DNA from: Bugula neritina
Lineage: Eukaryota > Animalia > Bryozoa
Assembly: GCA_964035545.1 (NCBI GenBank)
Contig: OZ037767.1
Location: forward strand, 14,698,998-14,762,997
Direction of reading: 5' to 3'
Length of the DNA: 64,000 bases
Within the stretch, counting starts at the first letter, position 1, and every line of letters starts with the position of its first letter. Shown in pieces: positions 47,901 through 60,600 of this stretch. The position numbers were made by a program, and so were the translations under genes. The notes under the pieces are model-generated. The model was given only the letters and a program-made list of their open reading frames with translations, searched no databases and was not told where the DNA came from.

Positions 47901-49995
47901 TAATACCATCTCATCTGCTCAACTTGCTAATCTCTACTCAACATAGTGTCGTAATACTGATAAGCTGAGTGCAAACTATTAGCCTCAGTTTCTCACCCTC
48001 AGCACTGTTTGGGTGCTCTGTCCACTCTTAGTTTTTGAAACATTAGCCTGGTTCTGAGGTAAGGACTTGTACAAGTACTGCCCCCCCCTCTCCTATTAAA
48101 CATGTGACCTCAAGCTATTCTTCAGCTGAAATTTAGAAACTACGTAAACTGTTTTTAAAATTTTAAACCAATTATCATAATTCAACCAATTGGCTGATTG
48201 TGTACTATACTTTAATTACTGTGTACTATACTGTAGTTAGTGTGTGCTACACTGTAGTTACTGTGTACTATACTGTAGTTAGTGTGTACTATACTGTAGT
48301 TAGTGTGTACTACACTATAGTTAGTGTGTACTATACTGTAGTTAGTGTGTACTACACTGTAGTTAGTGTGTACTATACTGTAGTTAGTGTATACTACACT
48401 GTAGTTAGTGTGTACTATACTGTAGTTAGTGTGTACTATACTGTAGTTAGTGTGTACTATACTGTAGTTAGTGTGTACTATACTGTAGTTAGTGTGTACT
48501 ACACTGTAGTTAGAGTGTGCTATACTGTAGTTGTGTGTACTACACTGTAGTTAGTGTGTACTATACTGTAGTTAGTGTGTACTACACTGTAGTTAGTGTG
48601 TACTATACTGTAGTTAGTGTATACTGCACTGTAGTTAGTGTGTACTATACTGTAGTTACTGTGTACTATACTGTAGTTACTGTGTACTATACTGTAGTTA
48701 GTGTGTACTACACTGTAGTTAGTGTGTACTACAATGTAGTTAGTGTGTGCTACACTGTAGTTATATTGCAGGTCACTACGTGAATGACGCGTACAATGTA
48801 GCCAGTGATGTGTGGCTCAGGTATGATGATGACATTGTGACTTTCACAGACGTCGACAGCGTGTGTAATCAGAGGCAGCGCACAGCATACATGCTCCTCT
48901 ACATGGACAGGTAACTCCTACTAACACCTGCAGTTAGCAGCTCTTACTGTTCTGAGATATAATAGTGTGTAATTTATTACAAATCATAAAGATAAGCACC
49001 AGGTGAAAGCTTAATATCTGTTATAATACCCTTGAAATATACGCATTATACTGCAACATTGTCTCAATTCACAACTACTTTCAGTGTATTATATAATAGT
49101 TATTATCTTGTATTATATAATAGTTATTATGTTGTATAGTTCAGGGATAGTCAATATCCTGACTGAAACTTATCTATTAGATCATCATAGCTGGTGTATT
49201 GCTATTATGTGGATTATGTTAAGTGAGTAATGATTATTATGTAGCCTAGATTTCTACAGTTACACCCTCTGGTACTCAAGCTAATGAGAGTTATATAATA
49301 TAATACATTATATAATATATAATAGCTGTGTAGAGTGTTATATAATAGCAATACATAAAGCAGGTCTTGATTCCTTTTATCTCTTAGTTGTTTCTATGAA
49401 GAGTTAAGTTGCAGCTTGTGCTATTTGGTTGTCTTTTAATATCCGGCAGCTAAATGTAGGAGAAATGAAGAAGGAAATATTTTAGATGGTAAAACCTGCA
49501 CTAATATTTATATACAAAGCATTGTAATAATAAATGAACCAGTTGTCCCAGTTGGGTGTTCCGAACATTCCTGGCATGGTTGACCTTCAGACATCCCAAA
49601 CGTCTATCTTCTACTCCACACAGCGTTACACAGCTGGCAGCAGTGCTGCCGATAGTCTTGAGTACACCTGCACTCTGTAGCTGCTACTTACTGTTTTATT
49701 ACCTCATTATTTCCTTCGTATTTATTTTCGTGAAAACAAATAATAAATAATTGAATTCATCATTTCTCTGTTTGAAAACTGGATTCAGCAGCTTTATATA
49801 GCAGGTTTCTTGACACCATAAGTAGAAGGGGGTCCCGGGACCTCCCCAAACCTAGATAGTGGGCCCAGGGCCAACTACTGGTATTTTAGTGGCAAGAATC
49901 ACTAAGACTCAAATTATTTTATTTCACTTTAAATGAGGCAATAATTTATTTGTTGTTGTTTCAGCATGATAGTGGGAGACTTGAAGACCTGCTAG
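23915..49995 (+). CDS. USP37: Ubiquitin carboxyl-terminal hydrolase 37-like (USP26/29/37 family)
   Basis: Exons ~23915-23978, 25088-25212, 26343-26511, 27323-27391, 32240-32408, 32650-32803, 33221-33321, 33676-33810, 34476-34608, 34926-35063, 35310-35428, 36169-36300, 37260-37403, 38837-38999, 44005-44183, ~44467-44570, 44899-45873, 46122-46364, 46632-46768, 46867-46939, 48772-48910, 49965-49995. Cys box [16 protein letters not shown]; QHDAHEF; Zn CxxC pairs (CTSC, CETC); [15 protein letters not shown]; [17 protein letters not shown]; His box [37 protein letters not shown]. The N-terminal exons are less certain. Confidence 0.88.
24036..24374. mobile_element. Non-autonomous hAT-type DNA transposon (MITE) in the first coding intron of USP37
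   Basis: TIRs CAGGGCTGTCCAA / TTGGACATCCCTG with an exact 8-bp TSD CTGTAAAC (24028-24035 and 24375-24382). Confidence 0.85.
27594..31101 (-). CDS. Nucleotidyltransferase (Pol-beta/GlnD/DUF294-like) plus TPR-repeat protein, ~887 aa, nested antisense in a USP37 intron
   Basis: Main exon 30167-27594 (2574 nt open) plus small upstream exons 30807-30752 and 31101-31068 with matching phases ([36 protein letters not shown]...). Motif [26 protein letters not shown] fits hGSx10DhEh. The C-terminal part has ~42-44-aa TPRs such as [40 protein letters not shown]. Confidence 0.85.
32482..32617. repeat. 15-bp tandem repeat
   Basis: Unit ACTGTAGACAATG(C/T)A, ~9 copies. Confidence 0.85.
33820..34414. repeat. 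20-bp minisatellite, ~30 copies
   Basis: Unit ATCCTCTTGTGTTATATACT, filling most of the intron after the Cys-box exon. Confidence 0.97.
34638..34880. repeat. 22-24-bp minisatellite
   Basis: Unit CCTGTACTTACACACATGTATAT with variants. Confidence 0.9.
35666..35940. repeat. 21-bp minisatellite, ~13 copies
   Basis: Unit CACTCTGACTCACCTGTCACT. Confidence 0.93.
36690..36903 (-). mobile_element. SINE family B, copy 2
   Basis: Homologous to 8586-8778. Minus-strand head GCAGTGGTCTAGGAGTTAGAGCG..GGGTTCGAGCTC carries A/B boxes. Confidence 0.75.
37404..38578 (+). repeat. 23-bp satellite (~51 copies) beginning exactly at a USP37 5' splice site
   Basis: Unit GTAAGTACCTCTGTAAGTGTATA. Confidence 0.97.
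40532..43048 (-). CDS. Secreted collagen-C1q domain protein (C1qDC/otolin/CTRP-like), nested antisense in a USP37 intron
   Basis: Exons 43048-42892 (signal peptide, CQCTC), 42328-41876 (acidic linker plus Gly-X-Y), 41630-41377 (Gly-X-Y), 41236-41036 ([32 protein letters not shown]), 40723-40532 (..[19 protein letters not shown]). Confidence 0.93.
46440..46616. repeat. ~30-bp pyrimidine-rich tandem repeat
   Basis: Unit TATCCACCACTA(G/T)TTTCCCCC(T/C)TCTG, ~6 copies. Confidence 0.85.
48200..48762. repeat. 21-bp minisatellite, ~27 copies, ending just before a splice acceptor
   Basis: Unit GTGTACTATACTGTAGTTAGT. Confidence 0.95.
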
Positions 49996-50009
49996 TTAAG
50001 AGCTCAGCA

Positions 50010-50117
50010 ATATTACCTGTACCTGCAGTATTACCTGTACCTGCAGTATTACCTGTACCTACAGCGTCACCTGTACCTGCAGTATCACCTGTACCTGCAG
50101 TGTTGCCCGCAGTATTA
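50010..50117. repeat. 18-bp tandem repeat in the putative USP37 3' UTR
   Basis: Unit GCAGTATTACCTGTACCT, ~6 copies; AATAAA at ~50199. Confidence 0.85.
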
Positions 50118-51694
50118 CACTTTTATTATAACATTATTTAGTCTTCGGTTTAATTTGAAAATATTTATAGTGTTTCTTCCTGTTGTAAATGTTAATATTA
50201 ATAAATGTTGTTATATGGACATGAAATATCATATTATTATAATTTAATATTCATATTCATTAATAATATTCATATGGTTTATATATTATTATTATTAAAT
50301 ATAGTTTAATTTGATGGCTGATCTGCTGTGTTTTATCATTCATATTATGTTAATCAGTTTTGGAAATAACAAGTATTTCTGAAATTGTCACTTAACTATA
50401 TTTCTGCTCAAGTACATGGTGGAGTTTAGACAAACAATCTACACATGTGTGGGGGGGGGCATTAAGCACCCTCCCTATCTATTGGGTTAGTATTTGTCTA
50501 CACTGCGGGCTTGCAAAGCTGTTGAATTGACAAATTGTAGTGACTACATTTCAACTCACAAAGGTTTGCGTATTCCGTATAATTTACATTTATTGCTTTT
50601 ATAATAATTGCGCAATATTGAGTAAGATTTCAAAATAGAATAAGTTATAACAGAGCAGATGGCTATCAGCAACACAAGCTGGCAGTGTGGGGCTGGTAAC
50701 TTAAAGCACATGGTGAAATTTTGCTCTACGTGCCAAGGTAGGTGCAGAGAAATTGAGAAAAGCCTGTGTTCTAGGTAAAAAATGTAGCAAAAGAAGTTAC
50801 TTCAACCCATACCCCAAACCAAAATTTATTGATAAAATCAAAGAACTTAGTCTATCTCAATTTCTTCACTACTGCTCCTAAATGCAGTGTGTTTTCACTA
50901 AAATAAAGCATGCTAATGAGCAGACTATATAAACTAGTTGCTTATGGGTGCCAGCTGACTTGAGATATGAATCAACAAAGGCTGAGTCAGATGTGCAGCA
51001 GCTTTCAAACAAAAATGTCATGGAAATCGCAGTCTTCCAGGTGTGTAGCTGTCATGCACTTTTACTGCACTTAGTGTACTCTTAGTGGTGAGATAACTCC
51101 TAGTGAGAAGTCCTCCAGCCAATGAGATGCGAGTGTAGGACACGTGATTGGCTTACTTATACTTATCAGCAGAAGACAAGCTACCATTTGCAACCTGCTG
51201 GGTCTTACATTCATACTGTTTGATAGCTCACTGTTATCAAGAAGGATATTTATAATTTCCTTCTTTTAACCTTCAAATAGCCTTCAAATGGCAGTTTTGA
51301 AATTAAATTCCAAGAATATCCCATGGTTAGGGTAACTTTATCTTCAAATTTAGTGATCTCCAGACAGAAGGTTAGGTAATGCTGATCAACTTTCATTACA
51401 AACCTTGAACAACCTTGCAAGGTGAGTCATAACTACTACAAGTGTATACATTATCTTACAGCCGAGACTTTATGTCAGAATATAATTGATATTCTTTCAC
51501 TTGTTGCTTGACTTGATTAAAATTCAACATCGCCCACCAACAGAGATATTCTCTATATATACAATGTAATTGAATATAATTATACATAGTACTGCAAATA
51601 TTTCAGTTCCTGCTTGGAGAATTCTAGCGCTACACTCAACTCTAATCAGAGTTTTGAGCTGATAATTTCTAAACTACTATAGTGGGCGGTCACC

Positions 51695-54600
51695 ATGTTT
51701 CTTCTATTGACTCTGACTTCTTGTTTGCTGACTCTGCTGCCTGTAAAAGCCTCAACTTCTACGTACAATACCTCAAGTAAGTTTTAGATTATATATTGAG
51801 ATTTAGCTGCTGCTTGTACAGCCTCCCTATACTTATGATTCTTTCAAATAGTCAACTTCTAATCCTCCTAAACAATAAAACACATATTTTTGTGCGTTTA
51901 TCTTTTTTCAGTTAAAAGAAATTCAAATCTTTTTGTGTGAAGAGAACTTTTGCACAGAAAGCTGCCAACATTGTATGAATTTCAGTTTTGTTCGGAATTT
52001 ATTAGCAGAAACTAAAAGCTCAAATTTAAAGCATTTAAATGTTACATAATTATTTACCAGATTATACTGGATCGTATTGACTAAGTTTAGTGAGAGCTTC
52101 TACTGGTACAGTTTTTTTTTATTAAAATCAAGCGGTCTAAATTATGTTTTACGTAACTCAATGCTGCCTCAGCTTTATTTAAATTTTAGTTTGGCAGCTT
52201 CTATAAGGTTTTAAATTTGCTTTATGTTTGTTTTGGAAGAGAAATCCAAAAAATTTAAAAGAAACACATTTCTAATTTTGTATCATATCAGAAAAATTTT
52301 TGATCAATGTTATCAAAGAATTAGAAATGTAGATGTGGTAAAGTGCCCCCAACCCCCCCCCCCCCCTCTTTAATAAAAGCAGATATTATATGTCATTGAT
52401 TATTTCTCATATAAACAATTTTTGTTCAATGGTCACATACTACCATCTTTCTGTTATATACTGGCCTCTAAATATCTTTCTCAGAGGTTTTCCTAGGAAT
52501 TCTGTTATGCAAACAATAACACTGCAGGCCATGAAATATGAATGCTTTGGCCTGCCATTCATATTCTTTCATCTTTGAGGAAGGATTTAGGTGAAATATT
52601 TGTTTACACTACTAACACTGCCACATTCTAGTGTACTGAATGAACTGGACACATTTGTTTGTTGAGATGGGAATCCGGCATCCAGCATTCTTCCTGCATG
52701 CATTACATTTCTTTTTACATACAAGTTTATAAATATACACTCAGTTTAGATATAATTAAATGCAAACTCATCTGGTAACCAGCCATAGCTAAATATAAAT
52801 ATTCTTATATTCGCAGTTTAAGTAATCGTATAGCAAAAATTTGTACAACACATTTTATTTTCAAACTTCCAAAAAGATGGCGTATATCTGTACAAGATAG
52901 CCAATCAGGTGCTAAGAGTTCTTTCTCCATAAAGTTGTTAAGTTGGTTATATGGAAAATAAAATATTAGGACTCATATAATGATGTAGTTCTTGTTTTTA
53001 AGATGTGGCACAGCTAAAAGTTAGTTGAGTTTTATAAAATACAACATATTGCAATATGGTAGACACTAATATACTAGAGTTAGTATATTAGTGTAGCATA
53101 ACTTTATAGTTAAAGTACTCATATATTTTCCTTTACTTATGCTATTGTTTTCACTCCCAGCACTAAAGGAACCCAAAAATCCATGAACCATGACGAAAGA
53201 TGTGCACCCAATTGAATTGTTTTAAATTCCGCGTCTATTATGAAAATTAGACAGGAAATTATACAATAGATTGTTCACCTCTTGACTGATGGGTTACTGC
53301 AGAGTGTGCATGTCTTGTGTAAGCTAGCTTATGATTGGTCAATAACTTCCAGCAGCTGATATCTAGGCTATTATTACATCATAAAATCTCGTTAACATAC
53401 ATTTCATTGCCTTTAATTGGCCACTTTTTGTTAGTTTATCATAAATTGAGTATTTCCAGTATTTACATTGAAAAGCCCTGTCTGCCCTAGTGCTTCAGAA
53501 TGTGCAAGAGTTGAATAGCTAGTTGCATAGTAGAAGTTCCCTTTTTATAGCTCAGGTTCTAATCCATTCATCAGTTCGGTCTACATTAATTCGAAATGAA
53601 TGTGGAAATTCAGGCTGTAACCTTTGCAGCATATTTTTTGATTAGAGTCGTATTTTTAATATGTATAGGAACTAAGTGTCATTCCTATATTATATAGGAG
53701 GACATCTAGTGGAAAGTTATTAAAATATTTATTATTTGGCTATAATTAGCTCCTAGAATGTCGGTCACTTGACTACTAAAACAATGACCAATCACTGCTT
53801 GACAAATTTATACATTGTTTTGTAAAAACAAAGAATATACGAATCTTGTAATTAAATTTTTTGTTTGTTGAGCAAAAAACCCATAAAGTGCTGAGTCATA
53901 TTACACTATCAATTTATTACAAATCTGGTCAACAACAAGTTAATTCAAACAAAAGGCTATATCATTATATTTATTTCAGTATTTGAAATATATACATTCC
54001 AAAACTCAGTTTCACAATAGAAATGCAGGCAAGCAAAAAGTGAAATAACTTGAATTATGAAAAAATATTAATAGAATAAAAGAATTTCATATTCAAAGCC
54101 ACTATTTCAAAGCTCAGCTATAGCTTGTTATATTTGGCACTCATTCCTCCCACCCACCATTGATACTCACCATGACAAAGCTTTATTGAAGTCATGCATT
54201 GAATTTTAGAAATTTTGGCTAGCTGCAGTGCTATTACACCATAAAGCTTTGTCATTATTATTTTTATTTTTCAGCTATGCGTATTTTTTTCTCGCACTTT
54301 TGACTAATTATACGACCAAACCAAAAAACTCAGTTGATGTAATATGAAATGCTACACTTGGCCTGTTTTATTAAAACTTTCTACGAAATTTTTCCTCTTA
54401 CACAATATCCCAACGTGGTTCCAACATGACAATTGTTAGTAGCGCAATAATAAACAATGGAATCTTTATATAAACTTGACCTTGCCATGACATTGGTAAT
54501 TGCATCACACCAGAGTTTGCATAGCCATGTACAGGATGTTGAGAATATTGACCTGCAGGAACAAGTGACCAAATGCCAAAAGAGGTTTGACATCTGTCAG

Positions 54601-57600
54601 CTTGTCATCTCAAACAAGCACATGCACCTCTGTGTCATAATAATAGCTGCTTCTATTATATTATATTTAGATATGCATAATATAATTATCACATAGATAC
54701 ATAATAGGCTGAAAAAATATCCACTGATGCAGAAAATACACAAATTTGTTTAAATTAAAAAAATCAACACGCTATAAATTATGCTATATAATACTTGAGC
54801 TAACACTGTAGAAATAAGAATATAACCGCTTTTGCATGTGTTTTCAAGATAATATTTGTTAGTAGATAATTTCAATGAAGATAGCTTTTCGGATTTCTAG
54901 AAAGATGGTTAGGCAGCTGGTTGTATAATATGGTGATTTGTTTTTAAACAGCATTTGCAAAACTTGTTTATGCAAACAGCTGACATTCGATCATTTTGCA
55001 TTATTATTTTTTCATTGAATAACTGATTGGTATAATAGTTGATTATACATATAGTTATATCATATTAATATGCTAATATGTATCATATAATACTGTAATG
55101 CTATTATATATTCTATAGTACTAATATATAATATTGTGATTTATTATATTATAATATGTTTAAATATAACATTATAGAACATTAATGCGCTTTTTACATT
55201 ATATTACATAGCATTATTATGTCGATTATTATATATTATACAAGATTATGTTACGATATACTATATAATAATATTGTGTTATGATATATTATTCTGCGAT
55301 GTTATATTATATAATCATTTTATGTTATATTGTCATATTATATAATATTAAGTGTTATATGTTGCAGATATCCTAAGCACTGTAGAAACAAACAATACAG
55401 GTTGGGCAATCACTACCCACCCCACCTCACTGATCAACTTAAAGTGGAAGTCTGAGGCTACAAAACTCTCAATAACCATAACCAGAGTTCCATCAGATGT
55501 AATATTACTTGGTGTCGAGGCTAAGATAGACGATGTGGGTGTGGCCAAAATTCAGGTGAAAATAACTATAAGGAAGTTTAAATTTAAATTAATTTAATTT
55601 AAATAATTTAATTTGATTGAAATTTAAATCTTATCCTTCAATAATACTTAAAATAATAGACCTATTTGTTTGAACCTAAGAGCTGTTCCATTATAAACTT
55701 GTTTTTTTCTGACTAATTGGAAAAATGCTTTCTTCTGTTAATCGAGGTTGCAGTGTGCTTCAAGTGTAGGAAGTTAATTTTTTAATATCGAGTTTTTTAG
55801 TTACTGCTATTATAGTTGCTACTTGCTGCTTGCAATTCTTGCTTTAATTTACAATTAAATGTAACTTTTTTGCTGCACATGGCTAAGGGTTTTATGCTTT
55901 GTGTCTGGCAGTTATTAAAATATCAGTGATTAAATTTATTTTGTGTGTTTGAATTGTTTTTACAATCTGATTACAATTTATTTTAGGGATTGAGTGATAT
56001 TTCTTTGCCAAGGGAAAGCAACTTTTCGCAAGAGGAGTTGAATCATACATTTTTATTTGCAGGTCAGTTAAATACATGTAGCCTAATGTTGACGGCATAT
56101 AATTTAATGAAATTGTTTCTTCACAATTTATGTTAAGTTTTCTTTTACTTTCTTAACTGCTCTGTGTTCATGTGTAGCCATCTTGCTATTGTTCAGTGAT
56201 TAGGTAATAAAAATCAAAATTAAATACCAAAAAGTAGTAGTTGAAAATAATAAACAAATTAATCAAAAATATACAATAAAGTCGATCACCATAAAATAAC
56301 AGCTCCTGTTTTTTCAGCTATTCCAGGAAAACACTAAGTAAATACAAGTAAGCTTAAAGTAAGAATGGTTTGTCAGGCCTTTTCCTGTTTGTTTTAATAA
56401 CATTTTAGATAAATATATTAGAATTCTTGGAAAGTGGAGGGCATAAACTGATGTATTAGTCACATTTTTTAGGGTAACAATATTATGTAGCTGCAGTCTG
56501 CTTTTGAAAAATGTGAGAAGAAATATTTGATACAGTTTTGCTATACAATACAATATATTTGTAGAGTAAAAAGTTAAATTATAACAAAATTAGTAGCACT
56601 GAATTATAGTAATAACATTTAATAATATACACTCTGACTACTAAGCATAAGGATTTTGAGTTTAATCACTAATTAGGCACTTGTAGCAACTGCATAATCT
56701 TTGCAAGGAAATTTTCTATTCTTATTATTGCTATTAGCATAATTTTAAGATTACTTGTTTACTCTTTCTGCATGTCCAGATATAAGATTTTAAGCTACAA
56801 GAGATTAGCTTTTTTGTTTTAAATGAAAAAAAGTTAAAATGTATTGTTTGTCTAAAAACAAACATGTATTTTGATTAAGGATTGTAATGTTAATCAGGTG
56901 TATTTGCCACCGTTACTATTATAAAAGAAACCATCTTTGTTTTAGTGCAGCCTGCAATGTTGGGCCGAGCTAAGCTAACGATATTGGCAGTTCACCAATC
57001 AACATCCTTGATTAACCAAACCTCTAAAGAAGTGTTGAAGAGATTAGAGATCTCTGTTGTCAGAGTAGAGAGGATCGTGGACAAAGTCTTTCAGTATTCT
57101 GTTTACCTGCTAGTATGTACCTGTACTACTTTGTCAGACCTAATCACATGCCTCCAGTAGTATATTACCTCTACAGTATGAGCATATATTCTACAGTATA
57201 AGCATATATTCTACAGTATAAGCATATATTCTACAGTATAAGCATATATTATACAGTATAAGCATATATTACACAGTATAAGCATATATTCTACAGTATA
57301 AGCATATATTATACAGTATGAGCATATATTCTACCGTATGAACATATATTCTACAGTATAAGCATATATTCTACAGTATAAGCATATATTCTACAGTATA
57401 AGCATATATTCTACAGTATAAGCATATATTATACAGTATGAGCATATATTATACAGTATAAGCATATATTCTACAGTATAAGCATATATTCTACAGTATA
57501 AGCATATATTATACAGTATAAGCATATATTATACAGTATAAGCATATATTCTACAGTATAAGCATATATTATACAGTATGAGCATATATTCTACCGTATG

Positions 57601-60600
57601 AACATATATTCTACAGTATAAGCATATATTCTACAGTATAAGCATATATTCTACAGTATAAGCATATATTCTACAGTATAAGCATATATTATACAGTATA
57701 AGCATATATTATACAGTATAAGCATATATTCTACAGTATAAGCATATATTATACAGTATGAGCATATATTCTACCGTATGAACATATATTCTACAGTATG
57801 AGCATATATTATACAGTATGAGCATATATTATACAGTATAAGCATATATTCTACAGTATGAGCATATATTCTACAGTATGAGCATATATTATACAGTATG
57901 AGCATATATTATACAGTATAAGCATATATTATACAGTATGAGCATATATTATACAGTATGAGCATATATTCTACAGTATGAACATATATTATACAGTATG
58001 AGCATATATTATACAGTATGAGCATATATTATACAGTATGAGCATATATTCTACAGTATGAGCATATATTATACAGTATGAGCATATATTCTACAGTATG
58101 AGCATATATTATACAGTATGAGCATATATTATACAGTATGAGCATATATTTTACAGTATGAACATATATTATACAGTATGAGCATATATTTTACAGTATG
58201 AGCATATATTCTACAGTATGAGCATATATTATACAGTGTGAGCATATATTCTACAGTATGAGCATATATTATACAGTATGAGCATATATTCTACAGTATG
58301 AGCATATATTATACAGTATGAGCATATATTATACAGTATGAGCATATATTTTACAGTATGAACATATATTATACAGTATGAGCATATATTTTACAGTATG
58401 AGCATATATTCTACAGTATGAGCATATATTATACAGTGTGAGCATATATTCTACAGTATGAACATATATTCTACAGTATGAGTCATTTGCTTTAGCTGGT
58501 GATTGTGACGTTTTCTATGGGAGCAGAAATCAACCTTCAGACTGTGAAAAAGTCACTGAAAGTTCCAAAGGCTCCAGCAATTGCTCTCAGTTGTCAGTTT
58601 ATCATCATGCCACTTGTAAGTTATCTTCTCTTTTATGTCATTTGTAAGTTATCTTTTCTTTTGTTACTATGCCACTTGTAAGTTATTTTCTTTTTTGTTA
58701 CTATTTTCCTTGTAAGTTGTCTTCTCATCTGTTGAACGAGTTTCATCTTTTTCACATTAACAGTTTACAGTTCTTGTATAAAGTTGAATATAGTCGAGGA
58801 GTTGCATTGACTTGGAAATATGAAATTATATTTGTGATATTATAATTTGCATTCGGTTTTGGTAAAAGCTATTCTGCTGATGTATTACACTGTGACAATC
58901 AGTATGTTTGCCATTTCAGCTGGCTTATGGTATAGCTAGACTGGCTGGATATGAAGGAGGTACGGCTCTGGGTTTCTTCTCCATGGGTTGTGCTCCTGGG
59001 GGAGGACCAAGTAACATGTACTCGCATCTGCTTGGTGGAGATCTCTCTGTCAGTGTGACCTTGACATTTCTATCAACAGTGTTGAGTATAGGTGAGATAC
59101 AGGGGGTCTAGTTACACTCCTCATTTCTATCAACAGTGGTGAGTATAGGTGAGATACAGGGGGTCTGGTTACACTCCTCATTTCTATCAACAGTGTTGAG
59201 TATAGGTGATATACAGGGGGTCTAGTTACACTCCTTATTTCTATCAACAAGGTTGAGTATAGGTGAGATACAGGGGGTCTAGTTACACTCCTTATTTCTA
59301 TCAACAGTGTTGAGTATAGGTGAGATACAGGGGGAGTCTGGTTACACTTTGTTTGGAAACATTTCTAAGTCTTGCTTACTTTTAATGCATTCTGGAATTT
59401 TTTATACTGTTATTTATAGCAAATATATTCCATTACAAAAAATTAAAGATACATCGTTCAAAGTTTGACGCATAAAAAGTTGTCTTTGTCTACTGTTTAT
59501 GTTATGCAAGACAAATGACACTTTGTAATGTTTTAAAAGCTCCACCCAAGAGAGAATCCATGAGGACAAGAGCTTTTCACTATGTCGTAGCATGACTTTA
59601 GGGGTTTTACTGTGGCGCAGGAGCTATTATAATTGAATGTCCTTCCTGACATCACCAATGGCCAAGACTTGAAGAACTTATGATGTGTGTCAGCATGGTC
59701 ACTGCTGTTGGCAATACAGATACAAGTATCTAGCAGTATAGCTTGTAACTCCTAGCATAAGTTGTAGTATACTAAAACAGGATTTCTAGTGACTCATTTA
59801 TACACACAGGAATGCTGCCACTGTGGCTTTTCACACTTGGTAGAACCTTCCCTCAGGGTGCAGGACAGGCAATGATACCCTTCGTGATCATTCTGCAAAC
59901 TATAGCTGTGCTGACCGTACCTCTAGCCATTGGGATACTCATTCAGTATAAACTGCCTAAAGTCAGGGATGTACTTAGGAAATCCCTCAAGGTTTGTTGC
60001 TTCTAGCCCATGTACCTTATACCAGATGAACTAAAACAGCTGTCTTGTTGACTTTTGTATTACATGAAGCATAACCCACCCCTACCTTTTAGGACACAGT
60101 TGGAAAAAAAGCTAACTCATTATATTGAAGTCACTGTGCTTCATAGAAAGCAAGCAATGGTGTTTATATGCTTTACAAAAACACATTTCTTTAAGAGTGC
60201 TGCAATATTAAATAAGATGTGTAAAACAGAGCTTAAAGATTTTTGTTCCCAATCCTTATATCTTAATGTGTGTGTGTGACATATTGAGACTTGTGATGAC
60301 ATATTGAGGCATGTGATGACATATTTTGACATGTGATGACATATTTTGACATGTTATGACACATTGAGACATGTGATGACATATTTTGACATGTTATGAC
60401 ACATTGAGACATGTGATGACATATTTTGACATGTGATGACATATTTTGACATGTTATGACACATTGAGACATGTGATGACATATTTTGACATGTTATGAC
60501 ACATTGAGACATGTGATGACATATTTTGACATGTGATGACATATTTTGACATGTTATGACACATTGAGACATGTGATGACATATTTTGACATGTTATGAC

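Noticed and set aside
53063-53094. Short perfect hairpin ACACTAATATACTA-GAGT-TAGTATATTAGTGT
   Set aside because: Only 14-bp AT-rich arms with no other support.
52440-54700. Possible third nested gene in the first coding intron of SLC10 (short open frames near 52.6, 53.3 and 54.5 kb)
   Set aside because: I could not build a convincing exon chain or recognise any motif.
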